Part shown: positions 20,058 through 31,939 of the stretch, piece after piece
How positions within the stretch are numbered: position 1 is the stretch's first letter
Layout: every line of letters starts with the position of its first letter
From: an uncultured delta proteobacterium
GTDB taxonomy: Bacteria > Myxococcota_A > Polyangia > Polyangiales > Polyangiaceae
Length of the DNA stretch: 64,000 nt
Direction: 5' to 3'
NCBI GenBank assembly: GCA_963696385.1
Contig: CAVOKF010000008.1
Coordinates: 822,523-886,522, forward strand
The notes under the pieces: generated by a model
What the model saw: the letters and a program-made list of their open reading frames with translations, nothing else
The model's database searches: none
Told to the model about the DNA's origin: nothing
Program-made: the position numbers and the translations under genes

Positions 20058-21251
20058 TCACGATCCGACGGCTGCGACGACCTTCTGCGCGCCCTCGGAC
20101 ATGGTCGATGCCGCCTGAATCGACAAACCGCTTTCACTCAGGATCCTGCGTCCGAGCTCGACGTTCGTCCCCTCGAGCCGCACGACGAGAGGCACCTTCA
20201 ACCCAACCTCTCTCGCGGCCGCGACGACGCCGTTTGCGATGACGTCGCACTTCATGATGCCGCCGAAGATGTTCACGAAGATGGCCTTCACCTTCGGGCT
20301 TTTGAGGATCATCTTGAACGCTTTGGTCACCTGCTCTTGGTTCGCGCCCCCCCCCACGTCCAGGAAGTTGGCCGGTGCCACTCCGTGCCGTTCGCCGAAG
20401 TGCTTGATGATATCCATCGTCGCCATCGCGAGGCCCGCCCCGTTCACGAGACACCCCACGTTTCCGTCGAGCGCCACGTAGTTGAGCCCCGACGCCTTCG
20501 CTTCGAGCTCCACCGGGTCTTGCTCGTCCGGATCCTCGAGCTGACGCCACTCCGGATGGCGAAACTCGGCGCTGTCGTCGAGCGTGATCTTGGCGTCCAA
20601 CGCGACGATATCTCCCGCTTTGGTGACGACCAGCGGGTTGATCTCGCACAGCGAGCAGTCTTCGCGAACGAACACCTCGTACAGGGCCCCCAGCGCTTTG
20701 ACGAATTGGCCGAGCCATCGCTTGTCGCCGAGTCCAAGACCGAACGCGAGATCGCGAGCCTGATAGGCGGCCAGTCCAATCGCCGGGTCCACATACAGCG
20801 TGCGGATCTTCTCCGGCGATTTTTCGGCCACCTGCTCGATTTCCACCCCACCTTCGACCGACGCCATGAGGGCGATCCGCCGCCGGTCGCGATCGATCAC
20901 CATGCCTAGGTACAGTTCGCGCGCGATGTCGAGCCCTTGTTCGATGTAGAGCCGTCGGACCCTTTGCCCATTCGGCCCTGTTTGATGCGTCACGAGTTGC
21001 ATCCCCAGCATCGTCTTCGCGATGGCGCGCACCTCGCTCTCCCCCGCCTTGGCGACCTTGACGCCCCCGCCCTTGCCACGCCCTCCGGCGTGGATCTGCG
21101 CCTTGACGACCACAACCTGGTTGCCGGTCTCCTCGGCGAGCTTGCGGGCTGCGGCTCCGGCAAGGTCGACGGTCAGTGCCAGGTGGCCGCGAGGCACCGG
21201 CACGCCGTAACGCGCGAAGAATTGCTTCGCCTGGTACTCATGAATCTTCAT
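20058..21251 (-). CDS. sucC: Succinate-CoA ligase beta subunit
   Basis: [44 protein letters not shown]. Confidence 0.97.
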   Translation of the reverse strand: MKIHEYQAKQFFARYGVPVPRGHLALTVDLAGAAARKLAEETGNQVVVVKAQIHAGGRGKGGGVKVAKAGESEVRAIAKTMLGMQLVTHQTGPNGQRVRRLYIEQGLDIARELYLGMVIDRDRRRIALMASVEGGVEIEQVAEKSPEKIRTLYVDPAIGLAAYQARDLAFGLGLGDKRWLGQFVKALGALYEVFVREDCSLCEINPLVVTKAGDIVALDAKITLDDSAEFRHPEWRQLEDPDEQDPVELEAKASGLNYVALDGNVGCLVNGAGLAMATMDIIKHFGERHGVAPANFLDVGGGANQEQVTKAFKMILKSPKVKAIFVNIFGGIMKCDVIANGVVAAAREVGLKVPLVVRLEGTNVELGRRILSESGLSIQAASTMSEGAQKVVAAVGS

Positions 21252-21307
21252 GCGCGAGCTGCACGCTAGCACAGGCTCGGATCGCAAACCTACCGGGGTC
21301 CCGGCCG

Positions 21308-22294
21308 TCAGCGCCTGCGCTCAATGGGGCGTGCCCCCCGCTTGCTCGCGAACCAATCGCTCGACAGGTGGCGAGGAAGCGCTGACGCGTAGAGGCAATC
21401 GCGCAGCGCATTCGTCTCCCAGGTCACCTGGGAGTGAAAGACCCCGGTCCGTACGAAAACGGCCTCCGCGTGCGACAGATCGTGACGCGATAGGGTCCCT
21501 TCTTGCTGCTCTTCCGCGCACAGGACGGCCGCGTGCTCGAGTTCCTCGCGAAGCATGCGGCTATTGGTCTCGGTCGTCGTGCCCTCGACAAAATAATCGA
21601 CGAGCTTGTGGCGCCGATGCAACGGCTCGCCTCGGCGCGCAACAGCCCAATCGCGAAACGCGTCCAGTTCGGCATAGAGCGCATCGAACAAATACGTCTC
21701 ACGGACGTCGACGCCGCCGCCGCGCAGGCAAGCGCCGGCCGCATGATAGCCGCCCGAGTGCGCGCTCAGACAAACCGTGCCTAGGGACGCGCTCGCGGGA
21801 AAACGCGTGTCGCCCAGCGTCGTACGGCCGGCACGGGCGGCGCTCACGACCGCGTCTTTGAGCAAGCGCTCGAGTCCGCCGGGCGATTCCAGTTTGCCGC
21901 AGGAAGAGTCCGCGGCGAGCACGGCGAGCTGGGGGACGACCAGGATCGCGTTCTGGCGACTGTCCGACACTTGCTCACGCAGCTGGTGGGCCGCTGTGGC
22001 CTGCTCGGCGGTCGTATTGTGGCCGTGGAAATGCACGAGCACCGCCACGCCCTCGTCGTCGTAGAACCGATAATGGCTCGGGACGAATACGAGAACGGTG
22101 TCGTCCCTATACCCACCACCCTGAGCAGGAAACGGCGCATTGTCGAGACCCAGCAAAAGGGTCGTTCCGTGTCCGTCGCGTGCGACTGACTTGAGGCGCG
22201 TGGGGCCGGCCGCCAGCGGCTGCGCTCGACCGGGGCGAGCGGCCATCGTCCAGATCGTCGCCGCCGTACCGGCGATGAAACTGCGGCGGTCCAT
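21308..22294 (-). CDS. Tat-exported hypothetical protein, possible alpha/beta-hydrolase fold
   Basis: MDRRSFIAG twin-arginine signal; VHFHGHN, AHSGGY elbow, LFDALY. Confidence 0.6.
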   Translation of the reverse strand: MDRRSFIAGTAATIWTMAARPGRAQPLAAGPTRLKSVARDGHGTTLLLGLDNAPFPAQGGGYRDDTVLVFVPSHYRFYDDEGVAVLVHFHGHNTTAEQATAAHQLREQVSDSRQNAILVVPQLAVLAADSSCGKLESPGGLERLLKDAVVSAARAGRTTLGDTRFPASASLGTVCLSAHSGGYHAAGACLRGGGVDVRETYLFDALYAELDAFRDWAVARRGEPLHRRHKLVDYFVEGTTTETNSRMLREELEHAAVLCAEEQQEGTLSRHDLSHAEAVFVRTGVFHSQVTWETNALRDCLYASALPRHLSSDWFASKRGARPIERRR

Positions 22295-22365
22295 CGCCAC
22301 AGGCATGCCCCGAATCCGCCTTCGAGAGCAAGTTTTTCGAGCGGGGCCCAGCGTCTCGGCCCCCG

Positions 22366-23304
22366 TCAGCCTTTCTTGCAGAGATCGACCACGGCTTGCA
22401 CGCTCTTGGCGCTCCTGGCCAACATGGCCCGCTCCGCTTCGGTCAGCGGGATCTCGACGACCTTTTCGACGCCGGATCCACCGATGATGCACGGGACGCC
22501 CATGAACAGGTCCCGATAACCGTATTCGCCCTCCAGGTATGCGGCGCACGGCAAGAGTCGCTTCTCGTCGCCGAGGAACGCTCTTGCCATCGCGACGGCG
22601 CTGGAAGCCGGCGCGTAGTAAGCGCTCGTCCCCATCAGGTTGACGATTTCGCCTCCGCCCTTGCGGGTTCGATCGACGATCTTTTCGAGCTTTTCGGCGG
22701 TAATGACAGCCGATGCCGGCGCGCCGTGAATCGTGGCCATCGACAACACGGGCACCATGTCGTCGCCGTGACCGCCAAGAACCATCGCACGGACGTCCCT
22801 GACGCTCACGCCCGCTTCGCGCGCGAGAAAGAGTTGGAAGCGAGCGGCGTCGAGCACGCCGGCCATTCCGACGACGAGGTTCCTCGGTGCCCCCACCACG
22901 CGCCTGTATTCATAGACCATCGCGTCGAGCGGGTTGCTGATCACGATCACGAACGCATTCGGACAGACTTTCTTCGCGTTGCTGGCAACATCCCGGATGA
23001 TCGGCAAATTTGTCGCAACCAGATCGTCGCGCGATTGGCCGGGCTTGCGCGGGATACCCGCGGTCACGATGAGGACGTGGGCCCCTTCGAGATCCGCCCA
23101 GGTACTGGTCCCCCGAATTTTCGAATCGTACGAGAGGACGGCGCCGTTTTGCTCCAAGTCGAGCGCCTTGCCCTTCGCGAGGTTTTCCTTGGCCGCGATG
23201 TCATAGAGAAAGACATCGCCGAGCTCTTCGTTCGCGCAGAGCCGTGCGAGCTCTCCGCCGATGTTGCCTGCGCCGATGAGGCCGATCTTTTTCCGGTTGG
23301 GCAT
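22366..23304 (-). CDS. mdh: Malate dehydrogenase (LDH-like)
   Basis: GAGNIG, TAGIPRKPGQSRDDL, NPLDAM, GMAGVLD, LGGHGDDMVP. Confidence 0.95.
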   Translation of the reverse strand: MPNRKKIGLIGAGNIGGELARLCANEELGDVFLYDIAAKENLAKGKALDLEQNGAVLSYDSKIRGTSTWADLEGAHVLIVTAGIPRKPGQSRDDLVATNLPIIRDVASNAKKVCPNAFVIVISNPLDAMVYEYRRVVGAPRNLVVGMAGVLDAARFQLFLAREAGVSVRDVRAMVLGGHGDDMVPVLSMATIHGAPASAVITAEKLEKIVDRTRKGGGEIVNLMGTSAYYAPASSAVAMARAFLGDEKRLLPCAAYLEGEYGYRDLFMGVPCIIGGSGVEKVVEIPLTEAERAMLARSAKSVQAVVDLCKKG

Positions 23305-23313
23305 GGACCCATT

Positions 23314-24609
23314 TTACATGTGCTCGATGACGTTGTCGCCGAACTCCGAGCACTTGATCTCGGTGCCCCCATCCATCATCCGGGCGAAGTCATACGTGAC
23401 GCGCTTGCTCGCGATCGCGCCGTCCATTCCCCGGATGACCCGATCGGCAGCCTCCGTCCAGCCCAGGTGCCGAAGCATCATCTCGCCGCTCAGAACGACC
23501 GACCCCGGGTTGACGCGGTCGAGATCGGCGTATTTCGGCGCGGTTCCATGGGTCGCTTCGAAAATGGCGTGACCGGTCAGGTAGTTGATGTTGCCGCCGG
23601 GCGCGATGCCGATTCCCCCGACTTGCGCGGCGAGCGCATCACTGAGGTAGTCGCCGTTGAGGTTGAGCGTGGCGATCACATCGAAGTCTTTTGCTCGGGT
23701 GAGCACCTGCTGCAAGGCAATGTCCGCAATCGTGTCCTTCACCAGAATCTTGCCCGCCTCGAGCTCGGCACGCTGCTCGGCGTTCGCCGCCGCCTCACCT
23801 CGAGCAGCCTTGGTTTTCTCCCATTGATCCCAGGTGTACACCGCGTGCGCAAATTCGCCTCTCGCGAGCGCATAGCCCCAGCGCATGAACGCCCCTTCGG
23901 TGAACTTCATGATGTTCCCTTTGTGAACGAAGGTGACGCTCTTTCGCTTGCCGGCGATGGCGTACTCGATGGCCGCCCGCACGAGGCGCTCGGTCCCCTC
24001 CTTGCTCACGGGCTTGATGCCGATGGCCGTGGTCTTGGGAAAGCGAATCTTGTGGAAGTCGGCCGGAAACTCCTTCTCGATGAACCCGAGGATCTTGCGC
24101 GCGGCATCGCTTCCGGCCTCGTATTCAATGCCCGCATAAATGTCTTCCGTGTTCTCGCGAAAAATCACCATGTCGACGTCTTGCGGCCGCTTGACGGGGC
24201 TGGGCACGCCCACGAACCAGCGAACGGGCCGCAAGCAAACGTACAGATCGAGCATCTGTCGGAGGGCCACGTTGAGCGATCGAATGCCGCCGCCGATGGG
24301 CGTGGTGAGCGGCCCCTTGATGCCCACGAGGTACGTGCGGAACGCCTCGACCGTCTGGTCGGGAAGCCAGTTGTCGAACAGGCCGTGCGCCTTCTCTCCA
24401 GCATAGACCTCGTACCACGCGATTTTGCGTTTGCCCGCGTAGGCTTTGGCCACCGCTGCGTCGATCACGCGCACCGACGCGCGCCAGATGTCGCGACCTG
24501 TGCCGTCGCCCTCGATGAAGGGCACAACGGGGTTGTCGGGTACGATGAGCCGCTGGTTCGGACCCATGGTGATCGGTTGGCCGTGCGGAGGTGGCGTGAA
24601 CGGCGTCAT
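23314..24609 (-). CDS. icd: NADP-dependent isocitrate dehydrogenase
   Basis: [55 protein letters not shown]. Confidence 0.97.
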   Translation of the reverse strand: MTPFTPPPHGQPITMGPNQRLIVPDNPVVPFIEGDGTGRDIWRASVRVIDAAVAKAYAGKRKIAWYEVYAGEKAHGLFDNWLPDQTVEAFRTYLVGIKGPLTTPIGGGIRSLNVALRQMLDLYVCLRPVRWFVGVPSPVKRPQDVDMVIFRENTEDIYAGIEYEAGSDAARKILGFIEKEFPADFHKIRFPKTTAIGIKPVSKEGTERLVRAAIEYAIAGKRKSVTFVHKGNIMKFTEGAFMRWGYALARGEFAHAVYTWDQWEKTKAARGEAAANAEQRAELEAGKILVKDTIADIALQQVLTRAKDFDVIATLNLNGDYLSDALAAQVGGIGIAPGGNINYLTGHAIFEATHGTAPKYADLDRVNPGSVVLSGEMMLRHLGWTEAADRVIRGMDGAIASKRVTYDFARMMDGGTEIKCSEFGDNVIEHM

Positions 24610-24712
24610 GGCGGCTTCCTTCCTGCCTGCGAGGGGCGCGAGACTACGCCGAACGACCCCGTCTTGGACAGAGGTTCGCCCGGCTGACCCCTACTGCTCT
24701 GGGGCGGTGTAC

Positions 24713-25636
24713 TTAGACTACGGCCTTGCCCATCACGTGATACCCTTTGTCGACATAAAGCACCGAGCCGGTGATCCCGCTGGCGAGCGGGCTGCAAAGG
24801 AAGGCGGCCGCCGCACCGACCTCGCGCGCCTGCAGCGCCTCCGGCAAAGGTGAGTTCGCTCGCGTGTAATCGACCATCTGCTCGATGAAAGACTTTCCTT
24901 TCGCGCCGCCTTCGCCCGGTGCAGCCCCGATTGCGCTGGCCGCTCGCGATACGAGTGGCCCAGCACTGATGCAATTGACGCGATGGCCCCACTTGCGCCC
25001 CACCTCCCAGGCGAGCACGCGTGTGTCGCTCTCGAGGGCGGCCTTCGCGCTCGACATGCCGCCGCCGTAGCCGGGAACGACGCGCTCGCTCGCGAGATAC
25101 GTCAGGCTCACGAAGGCGCCCCCCGGCCGCACGAGCGGTCCGGCCCGCTGCACCAGAGCAACCATCGAGTACGCGCTCACGCTCAGCGCGGCGAGATAGC
25201 CTTTGCGGCTCGTCGCCAACAAATCTCGGTTTACCTCAGGCCCATTCGCCAGCGCATGCACGACGAGGTCGAGGCATGGTTGGCCAAAATCCGTACGCAG
25301 CCGATCGAGGCAGCCTTCGATACTGAAGTCTCCCAGCTCCTTGTATCGCTTGTTCTCCCGAACGTCGGCCGGAGCATCGTCGAGCACGTCGAACTCCGCG
25401 TCGAGCGGCAGGACGCGCTCGAACTCGAGCTTGCGACCGTCGGACAACGCGAGCGAGGCGTCGAGCTTGCCGCGACGAAGCAGCGTCTGAAATATGCCCA
25501 GAGCGGGGGGCCACGTGCCGACGCAAACAGTCGCTCCCGCCTCGGCCAAAGCCTTCGCGATGGCAAAGCCGAATCCAGCATCGTCCGCCACGCCCGCAAC
25601 GAAGGCACGCTTGCCCGAAAGGTCGATGGTAAGCAT
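24713..25636 (-). CDS. fabI: Enoyl-ACP reductase, chlamydial/plastid-type FabI
   Basis: [56 protein letters not shown]. Confidence 0.9.
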   Translation of the reverse strand: MLTIDLSGKRAFVAGVADDAGFGFAIAKALAEAGATVCVGTWPPALGIFQTLLRRGKLDASLALSDGRKLEFERVLPLDAEFDVLDDAPADVRENKRYKELGDFSIEGCLDRLRTDFGQPCLDLVVHALANGPEVNRDLLATSRKGYLAALSVSAYSMVALVQRAGPLVRPGGAFVSLTYLASERVVPGYGGGMSSAKAALESDTRVLAWEVGRKWGHRVNCISAGPLVSRAASAIGAAPGEGGAKGKSFIEQMVDYTRANSPLPEALQAREVGAAAAFLCSPLASGITGSVLYVDKGYHVMGKAVV

Positions 25637-25673
25637 GAAGGAGGCGCTCACAATCAGCCAACGGTCGAAAGAG

Positions 25674-26990
25674 TCAAGGGCTGAGCGTCCCGCCCGCGTC
25701 GGTCGCAGTGCCCAGCCGGCGGACGACGGCCACAAAGAACCCGTCCATTCCCGCGTCCCCGCCGTCCGGAGCATCGTCGAAGCGCCATGTACGAAGGAAG
25801 CGTCCGTCGGGTGTAGCGAGACCCTGCGTGCGGGCGCGGCCGAGCACGTCGCGCACCGTGACGGGCGAGTAGTCCGTTCGATTCTCGAGAAACCGCATAA
25901 CGGCTTGTTCGGCTTCGCTCGGGAGAAAGGAACATGTGGCGAAGACGAGGCGCCCGTGGACCTCGACCAGACTCGCGGCCGCGCTCAACAGCGCTCCCTG
26001 CGCTTCGATGAGCCGCGCGAGGTCATCGGGGCGCAGACGCCAACGCGCTTCCGGGTTTCGGCGGATGGCTCCGAGCCCGGAACAGGGCGCGTCGAGCAGA
26101 ACGCGCGATGCCAGCCCTCCCATCGCTAGCACGACGCCGTCGATGGCGGCCGGGGCCAGCAAGTCCACCGCGACGGCCCGCACGTTGCTTGCGCCCGCAC
26201 GACGCGCGCGACGGCGGAGCTCCGAGAGCTTGTCCTCGGACATATCGAGCGCGACGACGTGGCCCTTGCCTCCAAGGAGGGCGGCGATCGCCAGGGTCTT
26301 ACCGCCCGCCCCGGCGCAGGCATCCACGACGAGCGACCGCGGCGGCGGGGCGACGACCTGTGCCACCAGCTGGGACGCTTCGTCTTGCATCTCGAAATCG
26401 CCGCGGGCGAATCCTTGAGCCCGGAACGGCGAACGGTCGCCTTCGAGCACGATGCCTTGGGCCGAGTGCACCGTGGGTCGTGCAATCCGTCCCTCTCGCT
26501 CGAACGCACGCAGTACCTCGTCTCGGGTGGAACGCAGGGTGTTCACCCTCACGACGCGTGGGGCAGGCGCATTCATTCGAACGAGCGACCTCTCGAGCGC
26601 TTGCACGCCGAGCTCCGTCTCGATCCGCTGCACGATCCAGTCTGGGAACGAGAACGCGATGGCGAGACGTTCGGCTGGTCGTTCGACGCGGCCGATGCGC
26701 TCGCCGAGGTCCTGAACGTCCCCGCGCGCGATCGCGAAAAGGGCAGTGAAGCGGTCCGCGGCGTCATCGCTCTGCGTCGCGAACGCGAGCAAACGGTCGT
26801 ACTTCACCAACGCTTGAACGGTTGCTGCGACGGCGGCCGCATCGGGCTCGGAGACCCCGCGCAGCACGCGCTCCAAAACGTCGCTCAAGAACGGCCAGCG
26901 CCTACGGCGCGCGTCGTCGTAGGCGGCTATCGCGAGCGGACGAATTCGCGAAGCGGCTTCTTCAGTGCAGCCGACGAATACGCGAAGCAT
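25674..26990 (-). CDS. RsmB/NOP-family m5C RNA methyltransferase
   Basis: [32 protein letters not shown]; start uncertain. Confidence 0.88.
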   Translation of the reverse strand: MLRVFVGCTEEAASRIRPLAIAAYDDARRRRWPFLSDVLERVLRGVSEPDAAAVAATVQALVKYDRLLAFATQSDDAADRFTALFAIARGDVQDLGERIGRVERPAERLAIAFSFPDWIVQRIETELGVQALERSLVRMNAPAPRVVRVNTLRSTRDEVLRAFEREGRIARPTVHSAQGIVLEGDRSPFRAQGFARGDFEMQDEASQLVAQVVAPPPRSLVVDACAGAGGKTLAIAALLGGKGHVVALDMSEDKLSELRRRARRAGASNVRAVAVDLLAPAAIDGVVLAMGGLASRVLLDAPCSGLGAIRRNPEARWRLRPDDLARLIEAQGALLSAAASLVEVHGRLVFATCSFLPSEAEQAVMRFLENRTDYSPVTVRDVLGRARTQGLATPDGRFLRTWRFDDAPDGGDAGMDGFFVAVVRRLGTATDAGGTLSP

Positions 26991-28863
26991 GGGGCTCCGG
27001 GGGAACGAGGCACGCGGGCCCGTTTCCAATAAGATCCACTCGATTCGCTTTTCGAAGCGCCTCGCGTCCGAGCGCGTGTTGCGCAGGATCCCACCAATAA
27101 AGCAGAGCCTTCATCATCCTTTTTTCGCGAAGGTCGCGGACCACTGCCACCGGCTCCATCGTCAAAGGATCGATCCCGGTGAAGTACATCGCCGTCGCGA
27201 TCGCCATGGGCGTCGGAATGAAGTCCTGCACCTGGCGAGGGCGCATGTTCTGGCGTTTGAGCCAGAGGGCAAGTTCGATCGTGTCTTTCAGCGTCGATCC
27301 TGGATGGGCGGTGATGAAATACGGGACCAAGTACTGTTCCTTGCCGGCCTGTTCGCTCGCCTGGCAGAACGCTCGGGCGAAGCGCTCGTAGTGCTCAATC
27401 GGCGGCTTCTTCATCTTGTCGAGAACCTGCGGATTCGAGTGCTCCGGTGCGACGCTCAGTTGCCCGCCGGTATGGTGGCGCGCTAGTTCCCGCACGAACT
27501 CCGGGCTCCGCGCGGCCAGATCGTAGCGCACGCCGCTCGCCACATAGACCCGTTCGATGCCTGGCTCGCTCCGCACGCGACGAAGAAGGTCGACGAGTGG
27601 ATCGTGATCGGTGACGAGGTTCTCGCAGATACCTGGATGCACACACGAGAGCCGACGGCACGCCTGCTCGGTCCGGTCATCCTTGCAGCGCATCTTGTAC
27701 ATGTTGGCGGTCGGGCCACCCACGTCGGTGATCACCCCGCGAAAGTCCTCCATGCGCGAGAGGGCGCGAACCTCTCGGAGCACGCTGTCCGCGCTGCGGC
27801 TTTGGATGATCCTCCCCTCGTGCTCGGTAATGCTGCAGAACGTGCATCCGCCGAAGCAGCCGCGCATCGTCACGATCGAATGCCGGATCGTCTCGAACGC
27901 AGGGATGCGATCCCCGCCGTAACTCCAATGTGGACGACGCGCAAAGGGCAAGTCGTAGAGGCCGTCCATCTCTGCTTCATCGAGCGGTAGAGCCGGAGGA
28001 TTGAAGTAAACGGCTTCGGATCCATGCGGTTGCAGAAGCGGGCGCGCATTGTGCGCATTGGTTTCGTACTGAAATATCCGCGACATTTTCGCGAAAGCAG
28101 TCTTGTCGCGCGCCACCTCCTCGTACGAGGGCAAGAGGACCGGCCTGCCGTCCGTCACGTACCGACTCGCGCCCAGAGCGACGTCGGTCCAAGCTCGCCG
28201 ATTTTTCTTCACATGCGCGGTCCCACGCACGTCCGTGAGCTGCTCGACCCGTTCGCCGCCTGCAAGTCGCCGCGCGATCTCCCAAGCCGGGCGCTCTCCC
28301 ATTCCGAAGACAATGAGATCCGCCTTGCTATCCAGCAGAACCGAACGCCTGACGGAATCACTCCAGTAGTCGTAGTGAGCGATGCGCCGAAGCGACGCCT
28401 CGATGCCGCCAATGATGACGGGTAGCCCGGGGAACGCCTGCCGACAAAGGTTCGCGTATACGATGGTCGCCCGGTTCGGCCGCATGTTCGTGCGACCAGA
28501 AGGCGAATACTGGTCCTCGGAACGGACCTTCTTCTGCGCGGTCAGCTTGTTCAACATCGAGTCCAAGTTCCCGGCACTCACCCCGACGAAGAGGCGCGGC
28601 CGTCCCATTCGCGCGATATCGTCGATCGAGGTCCACCGCGGCTGAGCGACCACGCCAACGCGAAAGCCTCGTGCCTCGAGAAAGCGAGCGACCAGGACGG
28701 GCCCAAAGGCCGGGTGGTCGACATACGCGTCGCCGGTCACGATCAGGACGTCGAGATCGTCCCACCGGCGCGCCCGCATTTCCTCGCGCGTCGTGGGAAG
28801 AAATGCCGTCAAGTCGCGCGCCGCGCGGCCGTGGTGAGAGGTGCGAAGCGGTACGAGCGACAT
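26962..28863 (-). CDS. YgiQ-family radical SAM protein
   Basis: FLPTTREEM, GDAYVDHP, GIEASLRR.AHYDYW, GCFGGCTFC, QDFIPTP. Confidence 0.92.
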   Translation of the reverse strand: MSLVPLRTSHHGRAARDLTAFLPTTREEMRARRWDDLDVLIVTGDAYVDHPAFGPVLVARFLEARGFRVGVVAQPRWTSIDDIARMGRPRLFVGVSAGNLDSMLNKLTAQKKVRSEDQYSPSGRTNMRPNRATIVYANLCRQAFPGLPVIIGGIEASLRRIAHYDYWSDSVRRSVLLDSKADLIVFGMGERPAWEIARRLAGGERVEQLTDVRGTAHVKKNRRAWTDVALGASRYVTDGRPVLLPSYEEVARDKTAFAKMSRIFQYETNAHNARPLLQPHGSEAVYFNPPALPLDEAEMDGLYDLPFARRPHWSYGGDRIPAFETIRHSIVTMRGCFGGCTFCSITEHEGRIIQSRSADSVLREVRALSRMEDFRGVITDVGGPTANMYKMRCKDDRTEQACRRLSCVHPGICENLVTDHDPLVDLLRRVRSEPGIERVYVASGVRYDLAARSPEFVRELARHHTGGQLSVAPEHSNPQVLDKMKKPPIEHYERFARAFCQASEQAGKEQYLVPYFITAHPGSTLKDTIELALWLKRQNMRPRQVQDFIPTPMAIATAMYFTGIDPLTMEPVAVVRDLREKRMMKALLYWWDPAQHALGREALRKANRVDLIGNGPACLVPPEPHASRIRRLH

Positions 28864-28959
28864 CGCTGCGCCGCAGTGTGAACGAGCGCGCGTCGTTGCG
28901 CCACCGCTCAAGCGCTGTCGCAAAGTCGATCGGCCGCGTGCTAACGATGGGGGGCTCGA

Positions 28960-29397
28960 ATGGGTCGTTTGCACGCGCTCGCGCTTCTCGCCTGGGCGCT
29001 CGTCCGATCGCTTCTCGGGGGGCTGTTCGGCCGACGACGCGGTCTTGCCGACTTCGAACGCAGCTACGCGCTCGATCGGCTGCCGAGCATCGCGCCCGAA
29101 GAGCGTCACGTCATACCCGAGCTCGGCGGCTGCATCGCGTGCGGTCTTTGCAACGTCGGAGAGGGGGCCGCGATCGTTCGGTCGCGAGGAGCGTACGCGG
29201 GGGTGATGGATCTGATGCTGGCCAGCTCTCGGAGTTTTCCCGACGACGACGCGGCGGCTCGTTCATTCGAGTTCATCGGAGACGAGCGGCTCGCGACGCT
29301 CGAGGCCCGTTGCCCGACACGCGTACCGATGCGAGCCATCGCCGCCCTCGTTCGAGCGAAGGCCGCTCAGATGAGTCGCCCGCCGCGGGAGGAATGA
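28960..29397 (+). CDS. Small protein with ferredoxin-like CxxCxxC and distal CP motif
   Basis: Hydrophobic N-terminus; CIACGLC ... ARCPTRVP. Confidence 0.6.
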   Translation: MGRLHALALLAWALVRSLLGGLFGRRRGLADFERSYALDRLPSIAPEERHVIPELGGCIACGLCNVGEGAAIVRSRGAYAGVMDLMLASSRSFPDDDAAARSFEFIGDERLATLEARCPTRVPMRAIAALVRAKAAQMSRPPREE

Positions 29398-29410
29398 CTG
29401 GGGTCATCGC

Positions 29411-31898
29411 TTGCGATCGCCGAGCGTCGCCTTTCTCCTCGCCGGGGCCGGATCCGTGCTTTCGTGCGGTCCGCCCGCGCGCCACCTGGAACCGGTCGCG
29501 AACTCCGGGTGGGGAGCGATTGTCCGGCGAGCAACCGGCGAGGGCCGACCAACGCTCGCCGTCGTTGCTCGCGACGGCGACGTCCGCGGCGCGATTGCCT
29601 TGGCCGTCACGACCGATGGCATCGACACCGATCGGGGCGCGCTCGTCCCAGTCGCTCTGGCTGCGCTTGTTCAACAGCGGTTGCAGGCTCGTGGAATCGA
29701 CGCCGTCGCGATGGGCAGCTGGAGCGGGTGGCGATTGCATACGGTGGTTGCGTCGCCCACGGACGCCGCGAGCGTCGTGCTGGCGGCACGCGCCGCGCTG
29801 CTCACGCCGGTCGGTCCGAACAATCCGGCGATGCCGACCGTCCTGCGCAAAGCAGAAGCACTGGCACAGCGCCCGCTCCACGACGCAGCACTCGCGGACG
29901 TGGCTCGGTGCACAGGCGAGCCCTACGGATCGTTCGCAGCTCGCACCCCGAGCTTCGCGGAGCTCGAAGCCTGGCGAGCGGCGGCTCACGGATTGGGCCG
30001 CATCGCCGTTGCCGTAGCCGGTGCCCCCGCCTTGTCGGACGCGGCCGCGAACGCTCTGGAACGCGCTCCGCCGTGGCCCGTTGCTGCACCTCTTCTCGTC
30101 GAGGCGTGGCCTGCCGTGCAAGCACAGGCGACCGTGTACGACGCGTCCGGGGAACTGCCGCCTGGCGATGCACGGATCATCGTCACAGCGCGAACTCCCG
30201 GTCCGGAACGCGCGGTCGTCGCCGCCGCGGTGCTCGGGAGCGCGCACGGGGCGCTCGCGTCGAGGTTGGCCGCGCTCGACGCCCCCGGCCAGCTGCGCGC
30301 CGTGGTTGCCGCGGCGCACGACGACGGCGGCTGTCTGGCCGCAACCATCGATCTGGATGGACGCGATCTGGGATCGGACTTTCCAGCGAGCATTGCGACC
30401 GCCGCCGCGCTAGCCCGTCAAGAGCTTGCGGTGGAGCTGGCCGACGCGACGCCACCCCCGAACGTGGGGCGCGATCTGGCGATGCGGGCCTCCGATCCGC
30501 GCGACGCCGCGGAGCGCGCGGCATGGTGGTCGCTGGCCGGACGCCGATCGGATGTCTCGGACGACCAAACGCGAATTCGGATCACCGTGGGCGTTGCCTC
30601 CGCACGCGATGCGGCCGAGCCGAGCGCGACGACCCGCGCGAGCGCGATTGTCGCTGAGATCGATCGCGCAACCCTAGCCTGGCATGCCGCCATCATCGAA
30701 TCGCGCACCCGCGTCGAGAGCGGGCAGGGCGAGACCTGGATCCTGCTCGCATCCCCGTGCGGAACGGAGCCCGAATCGGCCGAGGATGCCGGGATTGGAG
30801 CGGCCGTCGCCCTAGCGGCCACGGAACAAGCTCGGGCAATGGCCGGCGACGCGCGCGTCGAGCCTCTCGTGGCGCCCGACGCGATTGGTCTGTTCGTCCA
30901 TGGTCCGCCGCGGCCGAACGAGACGCCGCAAGCGCAAGCGCGACGGCTGGCCGACGTGGTGGCCCGCGCCTTCGCGGCCGAGGGGCTCGAACCCGAACAG
31001 ACGGCCAAGGCGCGAGCGCGGCTGCTCTTGGAGGCGTCGCGGGCGGACGCTCGCGCGAACGCCGCCCTCGCGAGCGCACTCGCTCCCGGGCATCCATCAT
31101 GGATTCGAGCCCGGCGGAACGCTTCTCGGCGTGGCCTCGGCGTCGGACGACCTGATTGCGATGCGCGCGGCCGCGATCCGCGCCGGTCCGCTGCGCGTCG
31201 CGGTGCTTGCCAACGACGACCTTGCCCAAGCCGACGCAGCGGTACAGGCCATCGATCGGTGGATCGCCCGACGGCCCGGCGAGTCTCGCGCCTGCCCGGC
31301 CATTCCGGCCGCGGTCTTGCCCCGATCGGGAACGTACTCGGTGGACCGACCCGTGGGTGCACCCTCCGAGGCGATTCTCGCACTCCCCTTGCCTCTCGGC
31401 CTTGAGCCAACACGAACGGCGACATGGCTTGCAGCGACGCTCGACGGCGATGATGGACTGCTGGCGCACGCGCTCGGAGGAGCTCGGCACGAGGCGGCCC
31501 TCGCCCGAACCTGGAATGCAACCGTTGTCGGAGTCCCCCGCGCTGCGGCGCTCGCCATTCGCGTCTCGGCGTCCGACGATGCACTCGACGCGGCCGTGGC
31601 ACAAGCCCGCGCTCTCATCGACCGGGTCCGGCAAGGAGCCCTCGGAGAAGCGGACCGCGCGCGAGCGGCCGCGGCAATCGAGGGCGCCCGGTTGACCGCA
31701 CTGCTCGATCCAAGCGAGCGCGTGCTCGAACTTTGGCGAGGCGTTGGACGAACGCCGGCGCCCTCGCTCGAAGCGTTGCGATCGTTTGCCGCCACGGTCC
31801 TGCGCGACGAAGCGCTTGTCATCGTCGCTGCGCGACCGCCGCGCATCGTCCGCCAGACGCCGAGCGCTTCCCCCACGCACGCTTCGAAGGCTAGGTAA
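29411..31898 (+). CDS. Large Ala-rich putative lipoprotein, possibly a degenerate M16-peptidase-like protein; frameshift near 31103
   Basis: Lipobox-like VLSC; protein-like sequence switches frame from ...APGHPSW to EPGGTLLG...; no HxxEH motif seen, so the family call is tentative. Confidence 0.5.
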
Positions 31899-31939
31899 AA
31901 GCAGTGGGCCCTTCTTCGCACGCGCCGATCGGCCCGGAC

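Noticed and set aside
22396..24687. 763-aa plus-strand ORF and similar long antisense ORFs (e.g. 44978-46756, 53246-54853)
   Set aside because: Shadows of well-supported genes on the opposite strand, common in high-GC DNA.
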